From NCBI GenBank assembly GCA_036172245.1, contig JAYWIR010000064.1, positions 248,001 through 312,000 of the forward strand: a stretch of DNA of 64,000 bases, read 5' to 3'. The position numbers were made by a program, and so were the translations under genes. The notes below the pieces were generated by a model that was given only the letters and a program-made list of their open reading frames with translations, did not search any database and had not been told where the DNA came from. Origin of the DNA: Raillietiella orientalis. Lineage: Eukaryota. Numbering within the stretch: the first letter of the stretch is position 1; each line of letters opens with the position of its first letter. Positions 12,001 through 27,000 of the stretch are shown here, piece after piece.

Positions 12001-15000
12001 GGACAGCATGTGTTGCCAAGGCGCTCGTTGTCGTGAAGGAGAATAACAATTCCTGACCTCAGCATCCCACGACGTCGGTTCTGAATGGCACGCCGCAGTT
12101 TCGAAAGTGCTTCACAGTAGACTTGCGCACAGTGGATGGTTGTTCCACGCTCCATAAGGTCCACCAAAAAAAAGCACACCTTTTTGGTTCCACACACACC
12201 CGTGTCCCCACATTCCAGACACTTCGGAAATTCAAATGGGGACTTTTGGATCTCCCACTCTCTCCCAGTCCTGACCTCGCGCCCTAGAACCACGAATACC
12301 TTTTGGTTTCTCGTATTTGTTCTTTCTTTGTATCCGATCGGCTTTTACTTTTGAGATGCTTCTCGTACTTTGGAAGCGGAGGGAGCATGGAAAAATAAAA
12401 AAAACAAGCTCGGGATCGAAACGCTCTCAAATAAGGGATAAGGGAACGAACCCAGCAGGAGGCAGGCACGCATCCCTTATGGAAATCTAGTAGGGACGAT
12501 TCGCGTGCTGCAGTTTCCTTAGCAAGACATGTGACTCCTCTCCTTTCTTTCCTTTGAAAACGCTGAAACAATCTGAAAATACCTCTCACTAATGAACGGG
12601 AATGGCCGCTCCCTTAAATCTCTAAGAGAAAAATCTTCAGGTGGTTCCAAAAGGCTTCAGGAGAGCGCCGGGGCTCGACACGTCAGCGGGATTTTCAGAG
12701 CAGTGGGAACGGGAGCTTCCCGTTAATGACGGCCGCCGTTTCGGCGAAGTGCACGCGGATCGGAAACCTGGTCCAGTTCTGGAGCAACCAAGTCCCTGCG
12801 CCCTCGAGATCGGTGCCGGACACCGGCTATCAGATGGAAGCTGGTGCAATCGGTCACAAATACCACCACCACCGCAAGTCCAGGATGGCTACGAAGAACT
12901 TCAGAGTCGAAAGGCCGAGCACGAGAGCAAAGCTAAAGGCGATGCTCCCGTGGATGGATGGAAGGATCGGGTCAGAGATGGCAGTGAAAGAGGAAGGCCA
13001 AGAAGAGTCGGCAGTTTGAGCGCAACCGATAGATAAGACTCCGGAATTGTATTCTACACGAGGTAGAGCTTTTAAATAGCAATCTCAAAGGCCTACACCG
13101 CTAACGGAGCTGACGAGAAGGAACACCCCAGAGATCTTAAGCCTAAAGAAGAAAGTTCTGTTTTCCGTTTACATATCCATGTCTTCTTCATGTGCTGCAT
13201 GAAGTTTGCGAGGTTTTGGTGTTGTTTCTGTTCCCACTTTCCGAGCTTCTTAACCGTCCAAAAAATATCCTCCAAAGGATTCCTGGTGAGTCACCAGCTT
13301 GCGCTGTGCTTCATTGGATGACTTCTTTCCCTGTCGAATGATGCCCGTTGCTCTGCTCTGCGTTGGTTTGCTCACTGGAAGCTGCTTTGGCATTAACCCA
13401 CCTGTTTGATTACCCGTTAAATAGAGCATTTTTCGGCTCCGCCTTCTCTTCTGAGCTCTATCGCTGAAAAATTAGCTCTGCCGGCTATAACAAAATGCAG
13501 GAAACGAGGATTGAAAAAATCACGTCTTGATCCCTGAGGATTCAACAGGAGGAAACAAAGATTGCTGTCTTGTAGTGTCGGAAATTCCAATGCACTAAGG
13601 TGGACGTGGTGGATGTTGGAATCGAAAGCCAACACACTGATGTGTGCGCTTGCACAGCCACGCGCCATGTAGCGTACACTGTTGTTATGGCTACCACGTG
13701 TACGTTCTGTTTATGAAGAGAAAACTCGTGTTCGAATACAGTGCCTGCTCTTCATGCCTGGGCCCGTGTTTGTGTTCCAGTAGGCAGCACACATGGCGTG
13801 AGCGGTAACTTCCATGTGCAAATCGCTTAATGAAGCGGACTCGGGAAAACTAAAAACGAAAGCACAGGATAAGAGAAGGAAGGCAGAAAACAGGGAACCT
13901 CTGTCAAGTAATGAGTAACTGAATGGTTCTCAAAGAAACCGGGAGCAACGAAACTCCGTCGATAAGCTGCGCTCCGGCAGAAAGCAAAAGCGATCGACTT
14001 TTCTGTTTGGATCATCGCATCCGAGGGCACCGTGCGTAACGAAGCATGCGAAGTCCTCAGTTAAAGCACGTGGTAATGATGCGAGCTTTGGATGATGAAG
14101 TGCCCCGAAGCAAAACCGAAGAGGGGACTCCCGAGTTCGTCCCGAGCGAATTCGGATCGAGGAAGCAGCTTTCGGGAAACATCGCCCAGCCTCCTTCCCT
14201 CAGGGTTGCCTCCGTGCCTGCAAGATGTGAGCGCTCCACATTGGGCTCCACCACCCGTCTGGGTGCTGGCCACCATGTTTGAGCACGTTGCCTAGCTCGA
14301 CACTCTGGAAGTTTCAAGCCGTTTGCGCGGAAAAACAGCTGCTTCAATAATTTTGCTGCTCGCATGTGTTTGCCGTTCATCAGAATCATCAGATGTAACT
14401 CATGGACCATGCTGCTATTTTTGCAGCAACTGTTTCCGCCACCGAAGCATTAAGAATCTTCGCCAAGCTTTCATTCAGAGCGGTTGTCTGTCGGGATGCT
14501 GTGGGTACTTGTTCTGCTTGGTGATTTTTTGGATTCTGTACTTTGGAGCTCTTCATCATCATCCCCTCCCTATCTGTGCTCCTGTTAGAAATCTGCGTCG
14601 CTATGAAGGATCGACGAGAAATTTCAGTTTTAGAAGGGACTGGAACCACAATGTTGACCTCACTGAGACGACCTCGAATAAAGGCTGTCTTTATTGTGCT
14701 TCACCGTGAGAGAGGAAAATGCTGCGACTTTCTATATATGAAGACGAGACCAAAGGTTTGCGAACTCGAACGCATTTTTCTCTTGCGGCCTTCAGCATGA
14801 GAAACGTGGCCGTTGCCTCGGTGCTGGTTGACGCCCTTCCGTTACCCCATTGCCATAGCCAGCCATGCTTCCGATTCTGCCGCAAGTTCTTCGCTCTTCC
14901 GCTTGCGCTGGAGCCACAAAGTCCCCGCAATCCAACGCACAGATCAGTTCTTCCCATGCTCTTCGTAAGGTCCTTTCCTTAGGGTCGCGAAACGCTTTTC

Positions 15001-18000
15001 GTAGAAGACGTGAGCCGAATTTTCTTCGGCTGTATCAAATTTTCAGAAATTCTCTCTTTGTTTCTGCTTTGCCTCGAGAGCCTCAAAGGACCACATCCCT
15101 GATTCCTGTCGGAAATCTTCGCTGGTCTGACGATTTTCCCCCTGCATTTCGGCGGAACCGCTGCTTCTTTTTTCCCCCTTCCTTTCTTTCTTTCCTTTTG
15201 CTTTTCTGGAAAGGGTCTGCGCCTGAAATCAAACTCCCGCACAAGAGAGCCACGAGGCAGCAAGGCGAAAAACGAGCACTGGAAAAGTCATATTGGGAAA
15301 CTGCAATCTACAAATGGATCTCAGGTAAGGATCGGCTGTGACCTTGGACGAACAGCTGGCAAGCCCTCACCCGGCGAAAACGCCTGATTAGTGGAGGAGA
15401 GAGGCCTTTGGTCTTCCGAGATTGCAAGGCAAGTGATACACTGTGTTGCCTGGCTGCAAAGGAACTGGATTCGAGGAACAGTCTTCATGCAGTAGCCAAT
15501 GCGGAACTCTTCCGTGCTCCCTGAGCATGTTTTCCTTTCTTTCTTCCTCTCTCTTCTTTCCACGGGAGAAGATTCTTTACTCATTCCTTCCTATACGCCC
15601 TGCAATGGCTGCGATGTTGGGACCTGAATCTTTGGGGCTTGACTTCACACCCAAGATCAGCAAGCGACTCCTCTTCCTTATAGGCCTCACTCGCTGAATC
15701 GCAGCTGCTGAATAATTAAGAAATCGTCCATTTAACGAAGATGGGATTTGCGAGACCTTCAAAATTTGCGTTCTTCGCTTCCCTTTTTTTTTTTTTTTTT
15801 TTTTGCATGCACCTGCATGCACCTTGCAACTTCGTTTCTGACACTCTGCTTGCTCTTCTTCTTCATTTACTCCTTGTTATCTCAGCCCGTTTGCTCCTTT
15901 GTTCATCTTGGCTCTCCTTTATGACGGCGTTTGCAGCTGGGAAGCTGCTCTGCTTCGTTCGCGCATGAATTTTTAAACTCTTTAGGAATTCCTCGTTCCC
16001 CCCTCCCCACACTCTTCCTCCTCCTCCATCTTGACGACTACAGAAAAGAATGGGGAAACCTGGATTTTGCAACCGAACTCGCTTCCTGGAAAGAGGAGAG
16101 GGGTCGGCTCCCAACAAATCCGGGAAACAAACCCCACGTGTTCTCGCGGAGTGCTCGCCGAACTTCCCCATCCGTGAAAACTCGTTTCTCGCTCCACTCG
16201 GGAAGTGCGGGAGGTCTCCCGATTCCCGCCCGGAGGCCGAACCGACGAAGGGATTTCCGTTGCAGCCGCTGGCGCCCCTTGGCGACGCGTCGGGCTGCAG
16301 CGGAACCCTCGAACGCGGCGGCGTCTTCGCGTCAAGGAGCGCTCTCCGGTTCCCAGGCGACTGGGGGGCTTTTTCGCTCCGCTGCCCTGGAAGGCGGAGC
16401 CATCGGCACACACCCTGCCGAGCTCTGGAAAAGCTCCGGGGATGACAGGGTTCCGAAAACGGCCTCCCTCGGCTTGCGAAATTTGGGTCAAGCTCGCCGT
16501 CGCTGGTGGCCGAAGGCAGGTTGTTGCACCTTTTCTCCGGCCGAGGGACCAAGGACCTCGTGACTCGTCGAGTCCTTGCTCCAAGGAAAAAGGAAAATCA
16601 ATGAACTTTGCCCCCGGAAAAACATCTGCAATTCTCGATGGACTTTGACAAAATGGTCACCCGGCGTGCTTGCTTCATCCGTTTCATTCCTGAAAGTTTT
16701 TTTTTCTCTCTCTCTCTCTCTCTTTTGAACTCTTGCCCCGTATTTGCTAAAAACATCCCTGACTTTTTTGTCTTTTGTTTCCATTTTCCTTTTAATTTTT
16801 TTGTCCCCAAATCGACTAAAATTTTCGTTTCGCTAATCAATTTAACCTGGGCCTCAACCTCTCGGAGACGGGCACCTTAGGCTACCTACAGACTGGCCGA
16901 AGATGTCCCCGGCGAAGATTATGGAAACAGGGATAAACTCAGAGAATAAACTACGCTCTCCTGAAGCGTGAATTCAATTTCGATCGATGGTGATGCCGCG
17001 TACTTTCATTTTGCCCTACGCTATCATCAGAACCCAGGAATTAAACAAAAAGCGATGGCGCGGCAAGCAGAATGTGGGATGGAATGACGGATAAGTCGGA
17101 GAAGGCTCCATGTTGCGTGTTTGTTCTAAAGAGTGCACCTCTGAAATTGTTCAATCATTTTGCAGAGTCATTTTCAGGGCTTTAACCTGCATATGCTTGG
17201 AAACTTTGTTCTTAATTACTAACGAAATTTCCAGGCGAAACAGCTTCCAGCGAAAGATATATCTGGCACCTCTGATCCGTATGTTCGTGTAACCTTGTTG
17301 CCGGATAAAAAACATCGTTTGGAAACGAAGATCAAGCGTCGCACACTGAATCCCAAGTGGAATGAAACATTCTATTTCGAAAGTAAGATGATTAGCAAAT
17401 TCTTCTAAAATATAAATTTTTTTTTTTTCCATAACTCGTTCAATAGTTGAACGTGGAAATTGATTCTGTGATCCGTGTTTTGTATTTGTGTTTAATCCCC
17501 ATTCTCTTCGTCACCGAAAAGAGACTGCCTAACGAGTTGATTCAGGAAATTTGGGTGAAGAAGCACGAAACACCTTGCGAGTGCGTCTTCGCATCTCGCT
17601 TTACGTGGTACTCTGATCTCCATAGCAATCGAGCCATCGTGTAAGCTGGTAGGAAGGAGTCGGCGGGGCATTTCTGTTGGTACAAGCTAACTGCTCTTCC
17701 GCACCTTTGACCTCGGACGAGTCCGAGTGAAAACCGATCAAAGATAGCTGCAATCTGAGGCGAATCTTGTGAGATAGAGGACCTTCTGAAGATGCGGAGA
17801 TCACTGGCTAGTTGTGGCTGCTTTACTTATTTATCCACCTTTTCCTTTACTTATCACTCTTCCTGGTCAGTTGGTTTGTCGCATATCTTTTTCTTCCTGC
17901 ATTATGCACGACTGGAAAAGCTCCAGTCAGTCTCCACAAAATCTGACCAACATTCTCATGTACAGTGTCCAGCTGTTCAATCGTCTGTTATCCTCAGCTT

Positions 18001-21000
18001 ACTCATTTATTCAAACACTTGAATGAAGAAAAAGTAGCTTCCGTTTACCGCGAGAAAGAGGGCAGATCAAGGCAAAGGAATGCCTCTCTGGAGGCGGATG
18101 CTTCGTTCATACCTAAATCAAGTGCAGATGCTCTGCAGGTTCTCGAATACGAGATGCCTTACAAGTTATGGAGTCTTCCAAAGACAAACCAACTTATACA
18201 AGTCGGTGCTTGAAACTGGATCCAAGGCAACGTGGAATGCTGTGAAATATTCAATCACCTCCGGAGGAATAATCGCTCTGAAGAAGCGACGCTGCAACTT
18301 TTCCATTGAATAATTTCTAGCTGAGGATTGCTTCTTTTTTTTTCTCAGCAATACCAGGAATTGGAAAAATACCTCTGATGACAAGGTTCCTCTTCAAGAC
18401 TTGGGAAAATCATTCATTTAAATTTTAAAGCCTCTGTTGGAATTGGCAAGGCTACTTGATTCTATCCACAGTGCTATGGCAACGAGAATGTTCACAAAGA
18501 ATGGAAGAATTTAGCCGACCATGGATCCATGTACACTTTCATTCGCATATTGAAGGCATCTAAGGCTACTGAATCTTCGAAATTTACGTTTTAGCTACCT
18601 TGGGCACGTGTTGTCCATTAAGTGGCTCGATTTAAAGGCTATCATGAAATCGTTTTAATTTCTGTTTCAGAAGTCCCTCTGACCCTCCGAAAGGACGAAT
18701 GCTTGTCGTCTCCCAGTCCTCTTAATCTCTCTATGAAATCTTTCCATGAAGTCCTCCACAGAATTCCTTGGCAGCATCTTTGTGGTCCCTTTGTAAACTC
18801 ATATAAAATTTGCAATAACTTCTTCGGAAAAGAATGTACGATGAACACGTACTTGTTCAAGGAAATGAATAAAAAATTTAAAAAAACGCAAAAAAACAAA
18901 CAAACAAAGTTCTGAATTTGGAAAGATTCATAGACGGTTGGATTCTTTGAGAATAAGCACGAATAAAGACAGACAATTTGCGGGAATCTCGGAAAGGCAA
19001 AGAACTCGGTTACCATGGTTTCGCTTTTATAATCTTGAAAGACGGGGAGCTGATCGATATACTTAGTTTGCACTCTAACTTTAAATGGGATGTAATATAA
19101 GCAAGGGAATGTTTCAGAAAGCTCATCACAAATAACACGTGTGGCAATGTGTTTTCTGCGTAGGATGCATCCACCTTAGGTCTTCGAATGTGTTGTGAAG
19201 AGACAGGCTTAGTAAGGAACTGAGTGAAGAGTGAGATGGAAGAGCTGTGAAAAGCAGATTTTCGAATAATTTATCGTATTATTCAGACTGGACAGAGGAG
19301 AGTCCAGACCGCTCGGTTTAGACCATTTCGTTAGCATTCTCAGAGTCATCTGAACGAAATGAACACTTCAAGAGATTTTTTTTCCGCTAGCAACGGTTCC
19401 TGGCTCGAAAACACCGAATCGGGTTCCGTACAATGTATTTTGCTCAGGATGAGCAGAAATTCGAGGAATTTATTCTCATCAAAACACAAGATATCAAAAT
19501 GTGCTCATTACTTACAGTATTCGCGAAGGTGCCACTTTTCAAGTATACCTCTGACGCAGGCATCAGCGAAAATCATTACTGAGTCAGCACCAGAGGCATC
19601 AGACTGAGGCTATTTAGACGGAGTTAGTGATGAGATCAAAGAATGATGAATTAAGTCGACAAGAGCATTGGACACATTAGTGGATGCACTTCTGTACCTA
19701 CTGCAACAGCACAGACTTCGCTTTTCTACTATGCCAAATGTTAGATTAAGTCCTTCTGCAATTAGACAACCAAAGGCCGACTTTGGAGCGCTTTGGAGAA
19801 ATTGCAGCAATTCACGCCGAACTTTCACCAGAGAAAGGTACCCATTAATTGTTCTGCTATTAACGCCGTTTCACTTGTAAGATGGATTCTGTTTTGCCCA
19901 CACTAGATGAGGGGATGAAATACGACATAAAACTGAAATAGAAGATCAAAGATGAGTAGATCTCGAGACCCTAGCGATCACCTGTAAGAGGGCAGTCCCG
20001 AACCTTGCAGTTTCAAGGATAAGCTGTTTGTTCGGGGTTTCAGTCTTCTGAGCGATAGGTCTTGAAAAATGAACTCGGAAAACACCCAAACAGGGGAACA
20101 TCCTTCGAAACCTAAGAATCTCAGCCGGATCGGTCAGCGTCATCCAATCGTCATCCTGAATTTTCCCGAGAGCATGGACCAGGAGCCAAGAAAGAAAATG
20201 CCGGTACTTCCCACCTCGCGTTCTTCGGAATAAGAAGAAAACGGTTGCCACTTTCGTTCCTTCAAAGAAACTCCTACATCTCGCACCTCGCCGTTTAGAA
20301 GGACAGGAGCACGGGGCAACCAAAAATCGAGTTTTTTTTTTTTTTTTTTCCTCGCGTATCGACCTATAGAAATTCGCTTGTGCTGTTCCTTTTTTTTTTT
20401 TTTTTTTTTTTTTGTTCCAAAGCCAGTGGTCCCTAGTGCTGGGTGCTAAAATACGTTGAAAGCGAAGTTTGTGTCGATGGCTCAAAGCATGCAAAAAATA
20501 TGTGTGGTATATGTAATATGATGAGTTCTCATGTGAATTCTGTATTCTCCGCTCGTCTGACGGCGACAAAAAAAAAGCAAAAAAAAAAAGATGCCCGGGT
20601 AACGGTTATTTTCGATGGCCAAAAGGCTGACACCCGTAGTGACGGTTTCATCTTCCGCTCAGAACGGGCACTGAAACATCTCGCCGATGGAGCTGCCTTG
20701 GTGTATACGAGGCGACTTGCGAAACGCCATCGGATTCTGTGTGACAAGGCTTTGCAGCTTGCATCTCCATCGGAGTGCTCTTCCCTTGACATTATTCCCG
20801 CGCTCCCATGGTGTTTCGTAACGGAATTTCATAACTACATTCGAGGAACTGATATCCAGAAGTAATACCGCACATCCAACACCAGCTCTACTCGTGCCGC
20901 TTCCCTGATAATGGCAATTAATAAGGTGAGGGCGATCAAGTGGGTTAATTGCTTCCCAGGATTGATATGTACGCTTGCGCGCGCTCTTTTCGAGCTCGAT

Positions 21001-24000
21001 GCGATCGTCTGAAACTTCCTGATCGCCAAGCCCTGAATTCTCCATACGTGGAGCGTCTCTCTCACCCTCATTTCGGGATGACGCTAATCCCTGATGGACT
21101 TTTGCATTCTCGTTCCAGCCTAATCTGAATCCCTAATAAAGGGGATCTCGCTCGATCCGCGCTGGGAGAATCCTTCCACTGCTCTCATCTATCTATCCCA
21201 ACCATCCAATTCTCTGAATGCTGTCCTCTCACTCTAACTGCTGGTGGCTAATTGCTTAGAGGGTGTTGCCACAAGCAGATGCGAGGCTGATTGTGAAACA
21301 GACGAAACACGAGAATACGTGTGTTTAAAGATCTCTTCGGTAATTCCACATCCGCTTAATCTGAAAAGGGAGGAAGTCGACTGAACGGAGATTGAAGCTC
21401 ATCTATTATTTCATGATTCACAGGAGCGAAGCCCGGGGCTTCAGCTTGGGCTAAGCTTGGCTTATCTGCACCTTGAGCACCTTCGTACACGTATTTGCCG
21501 AGCGTTTGCAAGCTTTCATTTCAGCTTACGGATTCCCTCTCAGTACACCTTCTCCCTGCCCTTCCCCTCTTCCGCAGAACGGGATCCGTCTGCCTTCGCT
21601 TCCGCACTTTTGTAAACTTTTGGCAATCATTGGAACATCACGAAAAGTGCGCCCGTGGACGATTGCTCTCTGAAAGCACCGAGCATCTCGTCTCTTGCAA
21701 GTACAAACCGTGGGGCTGCAGGAACCGGAAGCGAATGAAACACACGCGCGATCCGGCCGTTGGTCCCGTTTACCGGAGTCTGCAAATGTCTCATCTGAAC
21801 TTTAGTCTTTCCGGCACTTTTCCTAACGGTTCGAACGCACGGGAAAGGTGGAAGAGTGTCGATTCCGGCTTCTAAAAGACTGCGCTCTAGCCGTTTCTCC
21901 TGATGATTTGTTTTCTTTTGCTGATGGAACAGCCGCGTGCGTTTTGCATTCGAAAAAAAGCTTGCGATGCAGATGAAACGGAATGTGGGGGGCATTCGGT
22001 GTTTCGTCAGCTGGGTTGGGTGTGCCACGAATAAACGTTGCACAGTATGGCTGTGTGTGTTACTCCTCCGCACCATTTTCCCTCATCTGCTATCGGAAAG
22101 AGCTGTGGAGTTCCTTCTGATCTCGGTTGCCACGGCCACAGGCGGCATCCGTGCACCGTCCTATCTTCCAGGAAGCCTCCCATGCAGTCTGCCGCACCGT
22201 TGCACCCATTGATGCACTCATATGAGCGCGTAGAAACCCTGGAAGAATCAAAAGGAGTCTGAAATAAACGCTGCTTCTATGGGAAGGCTAATCCTGTTTT
22301 GGAAAAACGACTTTCCTTTTCTGGATTGCGTTGGTGTATCTCACGTATGATTTTTATTGGAAGCACTCCGGAGTTTTTTTCCAAATTATTTCAATGTATG
22401 AGAAGTTTGTTCCATTCATATGTTCGACGTTTGCATGCCGTCTTTTCAGTTGATTTTTAAAAAAAAAAAAGAAAAAAGAAATCCCCTTTTTAATGATGCT
22501 GCAAAGTTTTCTAATGACATGACATTCATTTCTTCTTCTTCCTTTTTTTTATATATTGTATTTACTATAAATACAGAAAACTGGTTATCCGGAGCAGTCG
22601 CTGAGATCCATGTTTCTTGCGATAAGGTCACGGAAAGCATAAATTGCGTCGGCATTGCCACATAACCGCGTATGTGGAATAAAGCGTGGCCTCAGATGAC
22701 GATATGTGGTTCCACTTGATTGAAACTTCAAGAAAACATGCAGTGAGAAAGGAAAAAAAAAAAAAGGCTGGATTTTCATCGTTTCCTCTCGGTAATATGG
22801 TTTTTTATTCTAAGATTTGTGGACCGAATCTGACAGGATCCCATCCACAGTCTTTTTTTTATTGCCCCAAATATTGACTGACTAAACCGTACGATCTGCA
22901 AGAGGCATTGAGATAAAACGCATTTTCTGCTCAAGTGATGGATCCGTCTCTTCGAGACTTTTTCTCGTTAGTCTCGTCCTCTATCAAAAAACATCGTATT
23001 CGTCCATCTCTCTCTTATCTCTAAATGATCGATTGAGCACATCAACAGATTATACTGTGCGGATCCATTTTACAAAGGGAACAAATATGAATCGCAAATA
23101 TTGTTCCTGAAACACTTTGAAGAACGAGGACGGAAAACATGCATAAAAACAAAGAGTGCGTGCCCCGTGGCTCACTGGATGTCCACTCTACGATGACCGA
23201 AATGCTGGGAAAACAGAAATGAATAGAAATCAAAGTTAATAGCAAGGAGAGATGCCTTCTGGAAGTTTCTCTATTCACAACAAGAATTACGTGATGTTTC
23301 ATCCTCTCGTGTTCCACAGCGCTGATGAGTAATTCATAAAACATGGGAGTCTACGAAATCGATAGACAACTAGCAGACAGGAAATGAATACCACAGCGTA
23401 TTCACTCCGAATTACTTTTAAGAAGTATTTTTCCACTGGTCGATAAAGACATCCGTTCTTGCAAGGCGGCATGAATCGGTGGCTTCAGCTGCTTCCAGCG
23501 TCCCGGTTGCCAAAGAGCGTACCCCACGGCGTCCAACGCATGCTAAGATGGGCGCGTCATTATTAGTATAAATACATTCGTGAGAGTACAAGTGCAGAGA
23601 ATGTACAAAACAGTACTCCCCTCGGGAAAAGAAAAATATATATATATGTGCACATTCCAATTCACTAGCCAAGTGGTTTTTCATGTCAATAGGAAGAAGA
23701 AGAAAAAGGCGCACGTCATGTGTGCACAGCAACCCGGTCTCCGAGATGCTCTTCGTGAGGAAGATTTTTCCTCTTGCGCTTTCTTCTTCGCTCCAGAGAA
23801 ACGAATCTTCGGTCGTCCTGGTTCCATCGTCCAGTGGTGGTACCCCGACTCTCTTGCGAAAAATCTGAACGGAAGTTTTCAATGAGGGGCTCTTGGAGGC
23901 GTTGGGCATCGCGTCTTTCCCGTGTCTGCCTGTTTAGAAGAGAACTTCCCAGCAGAAATCCCCTGCTTTTTAGAAATCCGTTTGATGGATTGCCCCGCTG

Positions 24001-27000
24001 TCTCGTTTCAAGTCTCGTTCAAAGATTACATCCTTCAAAATCCCATCTCATTTGAGGTCGTATAAAATCTCTTCTTTTGGGCTCCCGTTACTCGAACTGA
24101 GTACACATCCCTTCCTGCTCCCCAAAAGCATCTCTGCCATTCTCCGATACTTTGGCGATTTTTTTTTTCTTTCCATTATACCGAGTTTAACAGCCGAGGC
24201 GGTCCACAATACTTTTTCCTCATCAGCTGTGAACTAGGGCTTCGTGAAGTGGTTTTCTTCCTTCCTGACTTCGTACCCCATTCGCCCATTGTCCGGCAGT
24301 TTTCCGTGTAGCAACTTATCATCCCCGGGAGGAAAGGAACGCAGCACTACTTAATGAGGCATCACTAACAAAAAAAAAAAAAAATCGTAAAGGGGATCAC
24401 CATGGAATGCTGCCCCGAAATGAAAAAAAAAAAACACACAAATGCACACGTTCCTTCCACACCAACAGCACGTAGGGGAAATCCAGCACATGTGAAGAAC
24501 ATTGCGATCTGAAGGAACCGACGGAACGACTCTCCTCCCTTGCGGAGCAAAGCTGTTCCGCATGCGAGCTCCAGAGTCAGGATAGGGTCGTTGGGCGGCT
24601 TCCCGGTAGAGACCTCGAGACCAGGGGACGCTTTTCGGTTTGTGCTAATGAGTACGATCGTTATGCTGCGTTATCAAAACGCGTGGGAAGAGATTCGGGC
24701 GCACTTTTCCGTTCTCGCTCCGTCGCACCTGGCAACCCTGGCTGGCGCATAGCTCGCGGCTGGGACTCGGCAGAAGGAACAGCGCCATGCAGAAAATTGG
24801 GAAACTGGAGCTGTCTTCCTTGGCTGCTGAACCCTTGAACAACAACAACTCCATACCGGAGAAAAAAATGGCGTGCGTCGCGGGGAGAAGAAATATGTGC
24901 TGCAAGCACAAAAGATCTGAGGAGGAAACCTGACGATGTTTACGATGGTTTTCGAATAAGAACCGGAAATGCCAGCAAAAGAAATAAAAATGCTGAAGCT
25001 GTTCCTTGAAATTTCTTACTGCCATTTTTTTCCATCAGAAGAATGCATTTATTGACGGGATAAGAAAAAGTTGTGTGCACGTTATGCCTTCATTGTCATT
25101 GTCATTAAATGTTTATATGTTTTGTTGGTAAGATCTTCGGAAGTTTCGAACACGGCGTCAGATCCAAGAGTGCCATTTTGGATGATACAAAGCAACGGTC
25201 TGGATTTTGCCATGTACGCCACGGTCAGTCTCCCCATCAATCCTTATGGATGAAATGAGCCAATGAATCACACTTCACTTTTCTCAGTAGCTGAGAAGAA
25301 AGAAAATTCAGGCCTTCGTTTGCCTGGCTCACGAAATTGCCTGCACACAATCATCTGTTTGCTGTCATCAGTCAGCGAGCTCTGAACATCGAGTGACCTG
25401 TCCAGTTTTGGATGAGTAACTCGCTGTCAGATGATGAGTAGCAATGTCGACTGTTTTGTCTTGATATGCAGAAAAGTATAAAAAAAAAAAAAAAAAGACA
25501 TGCTCCCTGAGGGAATATTGCAACTTACCCTTGATTACCACCTAAGGATGTTTTCCAAGAACTGATTATGCTCGGTGCATGTGTTTGCTACACGCAGGAT
25601 CTCCACATATTTAGTTCTGGATCGTCAGCAGAATAATGGCTGAAGAGAGACCAAAGGTGCCTCTGGACCAGAGGTGTCTGCACTTTCCCGTACATGCCAA
25701 AAGCAGGCGATCAAACTTTCTCAATGTTTCAAACAGGAGTGCTTTCCTCTCTCTGCCTCTGCGTGATGTTTGGAACTGGAGGCTCATACGGCCTCTGGTC
25801 AAGCTACGGAGATCACAGGCATTCTCCTCCGATGTCTTTTGATCTCTCGAGCTTTCCTTTACTTTGCATGTTTCGAAGGTCGCTGTTTCAAGCCGCTTTG
25901 CCTTTTAATAAATCCCTGCTTTCTATTTTAACGTTTTTTGACAATCCGACGATTCTTCCTGATACTGGTCATTTCCGTACTGTTGCCTCATCCAAAAGTT
26001 ATATTAATGCCAAAGGTTGTATAGATGCATTTCATAAAATATATCATTTAATTATAAACGATTTTTTTTTTTTTTTTTTTGACTTCATGCAATTGGGCAT
26101 CTAATTGAGTGGAAACGAAGTGGTAGTTCAATCTCATACGATGCTAGATGGGAAGCAAAGATAGGAGCTCGAAACTAAAAGGGGAATACAAGACAACGAA
26201 AAGTATTGCACGGAACAAAAATATCACTGGCTCTGGAAAGCGAAAGAAACTGCTAAAATGAAACGATGCCGAAGATTTACAAACCAAAAAAGTTTGGAAA
26301 CTGGAAAAGTCCAAGACGCATCTGAAGCCGAATCGGCACCAAGCGCGGTAGCCTTCAGCCTCAGTGAAGCTGCATCTGACCTCAGCATCCTCTCGAAACA
26401 GTGATCTTTTCTTCAGCTAGCAAACCAAGCCTTCCATCCGGCGCCTGCACCTAAAAGCGCTGCAGATTTATGTGAGATTCTTTTGTGGCTGCAAAGACAG
26501 ACCATCTGACTCTGTATATTTCTCCTTCGGGAAAAAAGAGGAGTAGCATTGCTGACGCAAAGCAAACACACACAAAGAATGCTTACAACTTCCGCGTATT
26601 CGTGTTCCACGGAGGCGGCAACGCCAGTTTTTGGAAGTTGCATCCCTTGGTTCGGAAGCATCTGTTCTTTCGCTGGTTCTTTAGTGGCCGTAGAAGTCTA
26701 TGAGCAATGTGATTCTTCGAACCACCTCCATTTTGCTAGCTGTGCAATGAACTTGTGATGGAGCATAGTTTAAACGGGCTCCCTGATAGGTTGTGGTTGG
26801 TTGTAGGTTTTAGGTTGTAGTCGAAGATGCTAGGGCGTGTATATGTTGAAATACGAAACTGCAAATTCAAATTAGGCTACGCACCTCGATATGCGCGAAG
26901 CAATTGCGAAAACGAATGAGAGCTTAAGAACCTTCGCCTCCAGAACCGGTTCCCCTAGGATAGCAGACTCTGCTCAGCGAACAAAAATACAGTTATACTG

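Larger units (their letters stand above)
11651..12365 (-). mobile_element. Internally deleted mariner (Tc1/mariner) element with both TIRs, in Syt7 intron 2
   Basis: About 52-bp inverted repeats at 11651-11702 (CGAGGCTCATTTCAAAAGTAAGATCCGATCGGATACAAAGAAAGAACAAATA) and 12314-12365, flanked by CA and TA. The minus strand carries a broken transposase C-terminus: [42 protein letters not shown], then [20 protein letters not shown] and [11 protein letters not shown]. Confidence 0.9.

Noticed and set aside
12726..13019. ORF with HKYHHHRK considered as an extra Syt7 exon or nested gene
   Set aside because: It lies between two exons that already join seamlessly inside C2A, it contains a stop, and an overlapping frame looks like an RTE tail.
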